Shown here: piece by piece, positions 9,789-18,936 of the stretch
Layout of the letters: every line of letters starts with the position of its first letter
How positions within the stretch are numbered: the stretch's first letter is position 1
Assembly (NCBI GenBank): GCA_004322215.1
Contig: SCSM01000036.1
Span: 41,840-105,839, forward strand
Length of the DNA stretch: 64,000 bases
Direction of reading: 5' to 3'
Source: Bacteroidota bacterium
GTDB lineage: Bacteria > Bacteroidota > Ignavibacteria > Kapaibacteriales > UBA2268
Notes under the pieces: model-generated
The model's database searches: none
What the model was told of the DNA's origin: nothing
The model's input: the letters and a program-made list of their open reading frames with translations, nothing else
Made by a program: the position numbers and the translations under genes

Positions 9789-10367
9789 ATGAAAACTATG
9801 AAATTTCTGTTAAGCGATTATTTAATTAAAAACTACGAATCTGTTTTCAACAGAGATGTTGAAAAAATAATTAAAGAATACGACTGTGATATTCTTGATT
9901 CTTGTGAATTAGCTGTTAATATTTACAGGATCCAAAATCTAATTTACAAAACAGATAAAGAACATAATGAAATTCAGAAGATATTATCTTTCATCCAAAG
10001 AAGCTTATGCGGATGCGAGATTTATTATTCGTCACAAATCGGGAAAAATTTTCTATTGGTACATGGCTTGGGTGTCGTGATTGGTTCAGGTGTGAGGATT
10101 GGAAATAATGTAACTGTATATCAAAATGTTACACTTGGAACCAGGTACGATACTTCAAAAGAAAAATGCACTGTTGGAAATGATGTTATTATTTACGCCG
10201 GTGCAAAAATTTTAGGAAATATTAAAATTAGTAATAATTCAGTTATCGGAGCAAATAGTGTAATAATAACCAATGTCGGTGAAGGAGAAATATTTGCTGG
10301 TGTGCCCGGGAAAAAAATCGGTTCTGTCGGTTCTGAAAAGTATAAACTTCCTGCAGGTGTTAAATGA
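9789..10367 (+). CDS. Left-handed beta-helix O-acetyltransferase (CysE-like)
   Basis: HGLGVVIG, YQNVTLG, IYAGAKILG, IGANSV, AGVPGK hexapeptide repeats. Confidence 0.85.
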   Translation: MKTMKFLLSDYLIKNYESVFNRDVEKIIKEYDCDILDSCELAVNIYRIQNLIYKTDKEHNEIQKILSFIQRSLCGCEIYYSSQIGKNFLLVHGLGVVIGSGVRIGNNVTVYQNVTLGTRYDTSKEKCTVGNDVIIYAGAKILGNIKISNNSVIGANSVIITNVGEGEIFAGVPGKKIGSVGSEKYKLPAGVK

Positions 10368-11497
10368 AAAAAATTGTTTTTTTGACTGCAACAAGGGCGG
10401 ATTTTGGAAAACTGAAATCGTTGATTGAAATTACCGAAAAATCGGGTTTATTCGAGGTGCACATTTTTGCAACAGGTATGCATCTTAATCCAAAGTATGG
10501 GAAAACAGTCGAAGAAATTGAGAAAAGCGGTTTTAAGAATATTTTCAAATATTACAACCATGGTAATTTTGATTCGATGGATTTAATATTATCCAGAACG
10601 ATAGAAGGATTCTCGGGATATGTTAATGATATTAAACCGGATTTAATTGTAATTCACGGAGACAGGGTCGAAACACTTGCCGGTGCAATTGTTGGTGCAT
10701 TGAATAATACTCTTACCGCACATATTGAAGGCGGTGAAGTGTCTGGAACGGTTGATGAATTAATAAGACATTCTGTAACAAAGCTATCACACATACATTT
10801 TGTAGCCAATGAAGACGCCAAAAAAAGAGTAATTCAATTGGGTGAATTGGAAACATCGGTATTTGTAATTGGGTCACCCGACATAGATGTAATGCTATCT
10901 AAACGGCTTCCTTCAATTTCTGACGTAAAGAAAAGGTATCAGATTCCATTTAAACATTATGCCATACTTGTTTATCATCCTGTAACTACCGAGCCGGAAA
11001 ATTTAAGAACTAATATAAAGGAATTAATAAAGGCATCTTTGGAATCTAAAATGAATTATGTTGTAGTGTATCCCAACAATGACCATGGAACTGAAATAAT
11101 TATGGAAGAATATGAGGCATTAAAAGATAATCCCAATTTCAGGTTATATCCTTCGATGAGATTTGAATATTTTATTTCTTTACTTAAAAATTCTGAATTT
11201 ATCATTGGCAACTCAAGTGCAGGGATAAGGGAAGCTGGTATTTATGGCGTCGGGTGTATCAATGTCGGAACAAGACAAATGAACCGCGGATTTACTAAAA
11301 ATATAATCAATGTAAAAGATGATTCAAAAATTATTATGAATGCAATTAATAAAATAGCAGGCAAGAAATATAAAAATAACTATGTATTCGGAGATGGGAA
11401 AAGCAATAAAAGATTTTTTAATATCATCTCTGGGAAAGAAGTTTGGTTGATTCCACATCAAAAAATGTTTAATGATGTTCAATATAGGATTGGTTAA
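10364..11497 (+). CDS. neuC: UDP-GlcNAc 2-epimerase (hydrolysing)
   Basis: TATRADFGK, TGMHL, HGDRVE, HIEGGEVSGTVDELIRH, HPVT, GNSSAG, GTRQ. Confidence 0.94.
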   Translation: MKKIVFLTATRADFGKLKSLIEITEKSGLFEVHIFATGMHLNPKYGKTVEEIEKSGFKNIFKYYNHGNFDSMDLILSRTIEGFSGYVNDIKPDLIVIHGDRVETLAGAIVGALNNTLTAHIEGGEVSGTVDELIRHSVTKLSHIHFVANEDAKKRVIQLGELETSVFVIGSPDIDVMLSKRLPSISDVKKRYQIPFKHYAILVYHPVTTEPENLRTNIKELIKASLESKMNYVVVYPNNDHGTEIIMEEYEALKDNPNFRLYPSMRFEYFISLLKNSEFIIGNSSAGIREAGIYGVGCINVGTRQMNRGFTKNIINVKDDSKIIMNAINKIAGKKYKNNYVFGDGKSNKRFFNIISGKEVWLIPHQKMFNDVQYRIG

Positions 11498-11499
11498 TT

Positions 11500-12216
11500 A
11501 TGAAAAACAATAAGACAGTTCTGGGATTAATTACTGCACGTGGCGGTAGTAAAGGTATACCATGGAAGAACATCGTTGACCTGGGAGATAAACCGTTAAT
11601 CGCATGGACAATTGAAGCATCATTAAAAAGTAAATTCATTGACAAAACGATTGTAAGTACAGATTCCGAAGAAATAGCAAATATTGCAAAGCGATACAGT
11701 GCAGATGTGCCTTTTCTCAGACCACATGAATTAGCATTGGATGAATCGTCGAGCTATGATGCAATTTTTCACGCACTCGATTGGTTGAATGAAATTGAAA
11801 AAAAAGAGTTTGATATAATCTGTTTGCTGCAACCTACCTCGCCTTTCAGGAATCAAATTCATATAGATGAGGCGATTGATAAATTTGCAAAAAATAATGA
11901 TTCGCAGTCGCTGATTTCAATTTGCGTAGTTGATAAAAATCCGTATTGGATGGTTGCGATAAATGAAAAGGGATATTTGGAACATTTGAAAGGATTAAAT
12001 ACAGAAGCAAACCGGAGGCAGGATTTGATGAAAGTGTACCAGTTTAATGGAGCAATCTACATTATGGGTACATCAGCCATAAGAAAATATAAACAATTTA
12101 TGACTGAAAAAACAATTTACTATTTAATGGATAGGGAATCTTCTGTTGATATTGATGAACAATTGGATTTGGAATTTGCGAGGTTTTTGTTGGAGAAGAA
12201 AAGGAATAAAAAATAA
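11500..12216 (+). CDS. neuA: CMP-nonulosonic acid synthetase
   Basis: ARGGSKGIPWKN, VSTD, LQPTSPFR, RRQDL, NGAIY, SVDIDE. Confidence 0.93.
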   Translation: MKNNKTVLGLITARGGSKGIPWKNIVDLGDKPLIAWTIEASLKSKFIDKTIVSTDSEEIANIAKRYSADVPFLRPHELALDESSSYDAIFHALDWLNEIEKKEFDIICLLQPTSPFRNQIHIDEAIDKFAKNNDSQSLISICVVDKNPYWMVAINEKGYLEHLKGLNTEANRRQDLMKVYQFNGAIYIMGTSAIRKYKQFMTEKTIYYLMDRESSVDIDEQLDLEFARFLLEKKRNKK

Positions 12217-12335
12217 TATTAAAGAAGCAATGGATAGAGAATAACAAATAAAAGTATGGTTAAGAGCTAAAAAGATTGCTTTAATTGAAGCTCAAAATCC
12301 GAACTGGAATGATTTAAGTGAAGGGTGGTATAATT

Positions 12336-12362
12336 AGATTCTTTACTTTGTTCAGAATGACA
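12336..12362. repeat. Degenerate single copy of TGTC-tagged palindromic (REP-like) repeat
   Basis: agattctttactttgttcagaatgaca shares the gttcagaatgaca end with the element at 43277-43303. Confidence 0.55.
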
Positions 12363-12374
12363 AATTAAAATATT

Positions 12375-13652
12375 ATGGCAGAGACAATAATTAAAATTGA
12401 GAATTTGTATAAAGAATACCGGCTGGGTGTCATCAGCACCGGGACTCTCTACAGGGATTTGCAAAGCTGGTGGGCTCGTGCCAGAGGCAAAGAAGACCCT
12501 AACTCTTTAATCTCTCAATCGAGCGTTTCGAATAAAGAATTAAAACAACATCTTCTTGCTCTCGATGATATTTCATTCGATGTTCAAAAAAGTGAAATTC
12601 TCGGGATAATAGGACCAAACGGTGCAGGCAAATCAACTCTGCTAAAAATTTTATCGAAAGTAACGACTCCTACTAAAGGAATTATAAAAATTAAAGGAAG
12701 AATTGGAAGTTTGCTCGAGGTTGGGACCGGCTTCCATCCGGAACTGACAGGCAGGGAGAATATTTATCTTAACGGAGCAATTCTCGGGATGAGGAAATTC
12801 GAGATTGACAAGAAGCTCGATGAAATCATAAATTTTGCAGAGATGGAAAAATTTATTGATACACCTGTGAAAAGGTATTCATCCGGCATGTATGTACGCC
12901 TTGCTTTCGCGGTTGCTGCTTACCTGGAGCCGGAGATTTTGATTGTAGATGAAGTCCTCGCTGTCGGTGATGCACAATTTCAGAAAAAGTGCATCGGCAA
13001 AATGAGCGAGGTGTCGAAGAGTGAGGGTAGGGCAGTGCTTTTCGTCAGTCATAACATGGGTACGATAAAACTGTTATGCTCGAGGGTTATTCTGATTAAC
13101 AAAGGAAAGTTAATTGCAAATTCTGATGCAGGTTCAGTCGTTGATATTTATCTTAATGATGTTTATAAGGAATTCGAATCTCCCGAAAAAAGTTTTATTA
13201 TAGATGACAGCAAAGATTTTCAACTGTTGTCAATGAAAATAACTGATAACAAAGGAAATATAAAACAAAATTTTGAGTGTGATGAAACTGTCATTATCAA
13301 CATGGAATGTGATTATAGGAATAGGGTACCGGGTATTTATGGTTACTTGTCACTATTAAAAGACGGCACTGAAATTCTTTTATCCGATACTTTTGATTTA
13401 GCGGAAAGTTCACTTTTAGATATTGGACCGGGGAACTATAAAATTAAGATAGAAATTCCACCGAGAACAATTGGGCATGGGACTTATAATATAAATTTGT
13501 ACTTCATCAGTCATCAATCTGATAAAGGACAGTTTGTTGATATGGCTGAATATGCCTGTTCGTTTACATTGAATGATACGGCAACTCAGAGGGGAAATTC
13601 AAGAGCCGGATATCTAAGCACTTTGTTGAAATGGGAAATTATGCCGGTGTAA
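12375..13652 (+). CDS. wzt: Polysaccharide ABC transporter ATP-binding protein with C-terminal Wzt domain
   Basis: Walker A GPNGAGKST, GFHPELTGREN, YSSGM, VDEVLAVGD, VSH; ~160-aa C-terminal extension. Confidence 0.93.
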   Translation: MAETIIKIENLYKEYRLGVISTGTLYRDLQSWWARARGKEDPNSLISQSSVSNKELKQHLLALDDISFDVQKSEILGIIGPNGAGKSTLLKILSKVTTPTKGIIKIKGRIGSLLEVGTGFHPELTGRENIYLNGAILGMRKFEIDKKLDEIINFAEMEKFIDTPVKRYSSGMYVRLAFAVAAYLEPEILIVDEVLAVGDAQFQKKCIGKMSEVSKSEGRAVLFVSHNMGTIKLLCSRVILINKGKLIANSDAGSVVDIYLNDVYKEFESPEKSFIIDDSKDFQLLSMKITDNKGNIKQNFECDETVIINMECDYRNRVPGIYGYLSLLKDGTEILLSDTFDLAESSLLDIGPGNYKIKIEIPPRTIGHGTYNINLYFISHQSDKGQFVDMAEYACSFTLNDTATQRGNSRAGYLSTLLKWEIMPV

Positions 13653-13680
13653 AAAATATAATAGAATGAATTAAAGTAAT

Positions 13681-14706
13681 ATGATTATAGTATTAACAGC
13701 TTCTTATACAAGTATTCCTATAATGTTGTCATTATTGTTACAAAAGGGGGAAGAATTTCGAATATTAACTCCCGATAAAAACATTTATGATTTTTTTTGT
13801 ATGCTGTTTGATAAAAATTATATTATTTTTTATAATAGCCCGAATTATAGTTTGTACCCATTCAAATCAAAGGGATTGATTAATAAAATATCAGATATAA
13901 ATAAATATAAAAAGTGTTTAAAAGAACTGATTAATCAATGGAATTCAAATGAAATTTATACTTCAGACATTATTGCCTTTTGTGAGTTTGAATTTTGGCT
14001 TGTAAGGGAACTTTCAAGAAATAATAACATTAAGTTTTGCCCTGTGGTTACGGTTGAAGATAGTACGGTAGAGATGAATAATTTGAAGGGGAAATTATAT
14101 GAATTTATTAATTTTTTAGTATATCACACGAAACCGAAAGCATGTATTTCAGATAACAGGGTAACTCTCAGAATCAGTGAATCATATCTGAAAAGCATAA
14201 ATTCGGAATATTTTAAAATTGGAATTGACTACGTAGCATTGAATAATTTGATTAATGAGAAATTCAATTTGCCAAATAGTAAATATTTATTGTTAGCAGG
14301 AGGTGTTGCCGGTTATTTCGTCGATAAAGAGAACTATGTAATGGTAACTGATAAAATAATAACATTTATTGAAAATGAATTCGGTAATAATAATATTGCA
14401 GTCAAATCACATCCGAGATTCCGGGAATATTATTCGAAGGAAAATAGCTTAAATAAGATATCACCATTGATACCTGCTTCGTTAATAGTCAATAATTTCG
14501 AATGTGTAATCGGTTATTTTTCAACTTCATTGTGCGAAGCATCGAAAGCCGGGAAAAAAGTCATAACAACCGTTAAATTATTTAATACAGCAGATACAAA
14601 TGTTACTAATATGAATACTCAATATTTAATATCAAATATGAATTCTGAAAATCCAATTTTATTTCCGGAAAATTTTGAAGAGTTCAAATCTATTATTAAA
14701 TGTTGA
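13681..14706 (+). CDS. Putative (poly)sialyltransferase-like GT-B glycosyltransferase
   Basis: VKSHPR and IGYFSTSL resemble the HP and S(S/T) motifs of bacterial sialyltransferases; located next to neu genes; very AT-rich. Confidence 0.6.
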   Translation: MIIVLTASYTSIPIMLSLLLQKGEEFRILTPDKNIYDFFCMLFDKNYIIFYNSPNYSLYPFKSKGLINKISDINKYKKCLKELINQWNSNEIYTSDIIAFCEFEFWLVRELSRNNNIKFCPVVTVEDSTVEMNNLKGKLYEFINFLVYHTKPKACISDNRVTLRISESYLKSINSEYFKIGIDYVALNNLINEKFNLPNSKYLLLAGGVAGYFVDKENYVMVTDKIITFIENEFGNNNIAVKSHPRFREYYSKENSLNKISPLIPASLIVNNFECVIGYFSTSLCEASKAGKKVITTVKLFNTADTNVTNMNTQYLISNMNSENPILFPENFEEFKSIIKC

Positions 14707-14733
14707 AAAAGAATGTTTTTATATGAGGTATAA

Positions 14734-15447
14734 ATGGCACTCAGGCAATTACTCGGAAATATATATGGAAAAATTGTGAACTATCTATCTAATTCTAAGG
14801 AAAGAAAAAGAATTCGTGAGGAGTTCAGATGTAAGAATATTTATATCGGCAAGAATGTTTCTTTTGATGTATTTTCAGAATTTGAAGGGCATAATTATTT
14901 TTATGATAATGTTAATTTGTATGCTTCTAAAGTAGGAATGGGGACTTACATTGCGTTCAACTCATTTATGCCGAAAACTAAAATCGGGAGGTTTTGTGCA
15001 ATCGGAGAAAACACAAGGACGCATCTCGGTTTGCATCCATCAAAAGATTGGGTTACTGTTCATCCTGCTTTCTTCTCTAACCAGGGACAAGCGGGATTTA
15101 ATTTTACTAATGAAACATTATTTAATGAACATAAGTTTGTTGATGAGGAAAAGAAATTCGTTGTTGAAATCGGCAATGATGTTTGGATTGCAAATAATGT
15201 TATAATACTCGATGGAGTGAAGATAGGTGATGGTGCAATATTAGCGGCAGGTTCGGTCGTAACGAAAGATGTAGAATCGTATACAATTGCTGGAGGTGTT
15301 CCTGCGAAACCAATCAGAAAAAGATTTACCGATGAACAAATTGAAAAGCTGTTACAAATCAAGTGGTGGAACTGGGATTTTGATAAAATAAAGGAAAATT
15401 ATAAATATTATTCGGACATTAAGAAGTTTACCGATATGTTCGGATAA
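14734..15447 (+). CDS. CatB/Vat-related hexapeptide O-acetyltransferase
   Basis: IGRFCAIG, HP, IGNDVWI, IGDGAILAAGSVVTKDV, GGVPAKPIRKRF, IKWWNW. Confidence 0.88.
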   Translation: MALRQLLGNIYGKIVNYLSNSKERKRIREEFRCKNIYIGKNVSFDVFSEFEGHNYFYDNVNLYASKVGMGTYIAFNSFMPKTKIGRFCAIGENTRTHLGLHPSKDWVTVHPAFFSNQGQAGFNFTNETLFNEHKFVDEEKKFVVEIGNDVWIANNVIILDGVKIGDGAILAAGSVVTKDVESYTIAGGVPAKPIRKRFTDEQIEKLLQIKWWNWDFDKIKENYKYYSDIKKFTDMFG

Positions 15448-15453
15448 TATAAT

Positions 15454-16062
15454 TCACTTTTCAAAATACAGGTTCATTTCGAATCCAATATCATCATAAA
15501 TAAATTTATCGCCGAGGTCGCTGAATATACTTGCAGATTTGTATTTGATTTTCCATTTAGTTCTGTCAATTGTAAATTTAGCACGTGCAAAAATGCCATC
15601 GTTATCGAATCTGATAATAGCAGGGAATTCTATCGGATTTTTTATACCTTTGATTTTCATTTCGCCGTAAATTTTAAAATTAATGTTCTTGTTTTCAATA
15701 TCGCTATAAGGTTCTGCTTTAGTTATTTTAAAGTATGATTTCGGATACTTCGCTATATTAAAAAAATCCTCTGATTTAAGGTGATTTACAAGTTTTGCAT
15801 TATACTCTTTATCGTCGAGGTCTGTATCTGTAATGGTTGTCATATCGACGGTAAATTCACCGCCGTTAATATTAATGTTATTCACTTGTAATGTACCTGA
15901 TGTGAATTTCACATTACCCGTATGAGTGCCAAGCAACTTTTTCCCTTCCCAAATAATAGCGCTTTTATCAGTCAAAAGCTTGTAAGTATCCTGCTTATTC
16001 TGGGAATGAAGTGTTATAATTGAATAAAATAATAATAGCCAGGTTACAAAATATCTCGTCAT
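15454..16062 (-). CDS. YceI-family polyisoprenoid-binding protein
   Basis: Signal peptide; HTG, HLKSEDFF...YP, IDRTKW motifs. Confidence 0.9.
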   Translation of the reverse strand: MTRYFVTWLLLFYSIITLHSQNKQDTYKLLTDKSAIIWEGKKLLGTHTGNVKFTSGTLQVNNININGGEFTVDMTTITDTDLDDKEYNAKLVNHLKSEDFFNIAKYPKSYFKITKAEPYSDIENKNINFKIYGEMKIKGIKNPIEFPAIIRFDNDGIFARAKFTIDRTKWKIKYKSASIFSDLGDKFIYDDIGFEMNLYFEK

Positions 16063-16079
16063 ATCAATTCTCCAATAAA

Positions 16080-17507
16080 CTAACTCTTCTTGATTAACCT
16101 TGCAGCAAAAGCTCCGTCGATGTAGTGCTTATGCGGGTAAGTCTGTAAAAAACCGTTCGAACATACTTCACCAGGTAAATATTTTTCTGCCGGGTCTAAT
16201 TCGAAATTCGGAAATACTTCCAACAACCATTTAATATTATCAGTATTTTCTTCCGGCTCGGTGGTGCAGGTGGAATAAAGGATGGCACCTCCGGGTTTAA
16301 CATGATGAACTGCATTGAGCAAAATTCTTCTTTGCATTGCCTGAAGTACAGGGAGGTCTTCCCTTTCTCTTTTCCATTTAATATCAGGTTTTTTGGAAAT
16401 TGTGCCCAATCCCGAACATGGTACATCTGTAACAACAATATCGAATTCCTCGCCTAATTCCACAGTTTCTGCATCTGCAGTGGTGGCTTTTATAATATTC
16501 AAACCAAGCCGTCTTGCACCATCTTCGATAAACCTCATTTTAGCAGCATATTTATCAATCGATATGAGTTCGCCCTCGTTCTTCATCAATTCAGCCAATA
16601 AAAACGATTTACCTCCCGGGGCTGCACACATATCCAGAACCTTTTGACCTGGGGTGGGATTTGCAAGCTTGGCAGCAAGTGCTGCACTTGTATCCTGGAT
16701 AGTAATCAACCCATCCCGGAAAATTTCGAGTGACCTTATGTCCAATCTCGGTGATTTCAATATAATAGAAGTAGGAATAAACCTCGAGACGAAATACGAT
16801 ATTCCTTTTTCATTTAGATATTGCAGAACATTTTCCTGTGTGGCTTTTAAAGTATTAATACGAATCGGAATGAAGGGCCTCCTGTTATTTGCCGAAAGAA
16901 GTGCTTCTGCTTCCTGTTCCCCAAACCTTTCGAGCCAGCGTTTGACCATCCATCTTGGATGAGAATAAACGACGGACAAGTAGTATTGAAGGTCTTCCGC
17001 CTTTTCGGGAAATCTGACATTATCAATGTTGCGGGCAATGTTTCTCAAAACGGCATTAACAAGACCGGCTGTTTTATCACCCTGTATTTTTTTTACGATT
17101 TCCACTGATTCGTTAACGGCTGCATGAACCGGAATTTTTTCTAAGAATAAAATCTGGTATAAACCGACTCTCAATGCATTTTTAACAATGTTAAGGCATT
17201 TAAGATAATCCCCCTGGTAAAATCCGGTAAGAACCCAATCAAGTTTCCATTTCCAGCGAATTACACCGTTAACGAGTTCAGTGAGCAATCCCTTGTCCAT
17301 CTGGTTAAAATTATTATTCCTTATTTCATTATCAAGGAGTTTCTCCAGATAAGCATCACTGCGTTCGAATCGGCTGAGAATTTTTACTGCAATACCCCGG
17401 ACTCCAATAAAATATGGTGTTAATTCGTTACTTTCCGAAATAGTTTCGGTTTGTTCAACAATTTCAATATTGTTTTCAGAGTTATCAACTGTATAATCAG
17501 TTTCCAT
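16080..17507 (-). CDS. rsmB: 16S rRNA m5C967 methyltransferase
   Basis: NusB-like N-domain (ELVNGVIRW, NAVLRN), YSHPRW, IQD, DMCAAPGGKS, DVPCSGLG, YSTCT; start placed at ATG 17507. Confidence 0.93.
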   Translation of the reverse strand: METDYTVDNSENNIEIVEQTETISESNELTPYFIGVRGIAVKILSRFERSDAYLEKLLDNEIRNNNFNQMDKGLLTELVNGVIRWKWKLDWVLTGFYQGDYLKCLNIVKNALRVGLYQILFLEKIPVHAAVNESVEIVKKIQGDKTAGLVNAVLRNIARNIDNVRFPEKAEDLQYYLSVVYSHPRWMVKRWLERFGEQEAEALLSANNRRPFIPIRINTLKATQENVLQYLNEKGISYFVSRFIPTSIILKSPRLDIRSLEIFRDGLITIQDTSAALAAKLANPTPGQKVLDMCAAPGGKSFLLAELMKNEGELISIDKYAAKMRFIEDGARRLGLNIIKATTADAETVELGEEFDIVVTDVPCSGLGTISKKPDIKWKREREDLPVLQAMQRRILLNAVHHVKPGGAILYSTCTTEPEENTDNIKWLLEVFPNFELDPAEKYLPGEVCSNGFLQTYPHKHYIDGAFAARLIKKS

Positions 17508-17579
17508 AAAAATTAATAATGTTTTGTAAGATAAAAATATTATTTTATGTTTGATAAAATTTAGCAAGTAATAAATACG

Positions 17580-18413
17580 GTGAATCCAGTGAAATTATTG
17601 TTTAGACATTTTATTGTATTTGTATTGTTCTTGATTTTTACACTAACTACTTTCGGACAAGTTAAAAAGAAACAAGACACACCATTGTTGCCAACCGCAC
17701 AGATGCACACTGAAGTCGGTGCATTTTTTGGAATCGGCGAGAATATCCAGTCAGGCATATTTAAAACCGATACTTGTAAATGCGATTTTGTTGACGGGAG
17801 GGGATTCGGATTTACAATCGGCGGATTATATGAATCAGAATTAGTAAGAAACTTATTTTGGGGAAGTGCTTTAGCTTTTGACCTTAAGAGCTTTTGGTCA
17901 TCTTTCAAGGAAAGAGAACCAATTGATTTCATAAAAGACAGCAACAAATACCAGGTGCCTGTATGGTTCAGGTATAAAGCAGATGCCAGTATCTGGTACA
18001 TGACCTTGATGCCATATTTGAAATATTTACCGGCAAAATTCATGTTTCTTCGGTTAGGGTTAGGTGCATCATTTGTAATAAGTTCAAAATTGAATTTTAC
18101 AAAAGAATTACTGGACAGGACCGGAAGAATCAGCACAGGTGAAATAGTTAACGTCAGATTGGATAGTTCTGTTAGTTCCGATGGGATACATGCGACATTT
18201 ATAAACGGGGAATTACCCAAGGTAAATTCTACGCAATTATCCCTCGAACCTGCAATCGGCTTTACATTCCCGATTGGAGAAAAGTTTAGATTCAGTCCAT
18301 TGTTCCAGTATTCCGTTCCTTTTGCAAATATTACTGAAAGCGGAGAGAAAGTTAAGCTGAGTTCCTGGAGATTATTACTCGAACTTCGTTATGATATAAC
18401 ACCTGAAGAGTAG
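17580..18413 (+). CDS. Outer-membrane beta-barrel protein
   Basis: Signal peptide; alternating amphipathic strands ending WRLLLELRYDI. Confidence 0.65.
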   Translation: MNPVKLLFRHFIVFVLFLIFTLTTFGQVKKKQDTPLLPTAQMHTEVGAFFGIGENIQSGIFKTDTCKCDFVDGRGFGFTIGGLYESELVRNLFWGSALAFDLKSFWSSFKEREPIDFIKDSNKYQVPVWFRYKADASIWYMTLMPYLKYLPAKFMFLRLGLGASFVISSKLNFTKELLDRTGRISTGEIVNVRLDSSVSSDGIHATFINGELPKVNSTQLSLEPAIGFTFPIGEKFRFSPLFQYSVPFANITESGEKVKLSSWRLLLELRYDITPEE

Positions 18414-18936
18414 TGTTATACAAAATGTCGGCTATTAACATAATCAAGTTTATTAATATTAATAATAAAATTAATATTCGTGTAAAAAATTTATTATAAA
18501 AAAGGAGATAATTTAGGTGTGCCAAAATTAAGTTTTAGTAAAATATTATAAGTCAAATCTTTAAACATAAATAGTTCAGATTAACTTTTTGGTTCTTTTT
18601 CAACAAAAATCCATTAATTATATACAACCACGAAAATATTTTTTCAGAATATGACCACAAAATAATAAAAAATTTGTGAATTAAGTCAAATTGGTTTAAT
18701 TTATAGTTTATCGAAAATTTAACATATCTAATTTTTATACAAATTATGTATTAGTTATGGTTAGTTTTTGTATAAAGTTGATGAAGATATGAGGTTCGGT
18801 CATACATGTTATTTATAATAAGAGAATAAATTTCTATTGTATGTTATGAAGGTTCCCGGTTATGATTTCATATCATCATTCATATTATAAGAAAAAAATA
18901 AACAGATAAAAGATAAATATATTTAGGTAGGGCAGT

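Noticed and set aside
9789-10367. cysE for cysteine synthesis
   Set aside because: Short N-terminal domain and location between the amidotransferase and neuC point to glycan acetylation
14734-15447. Antibiotic resistance gene (catB/vat)
   Set aside because: Family resemblance only; position in a polysaccharide locus favours sugar O-acetylation
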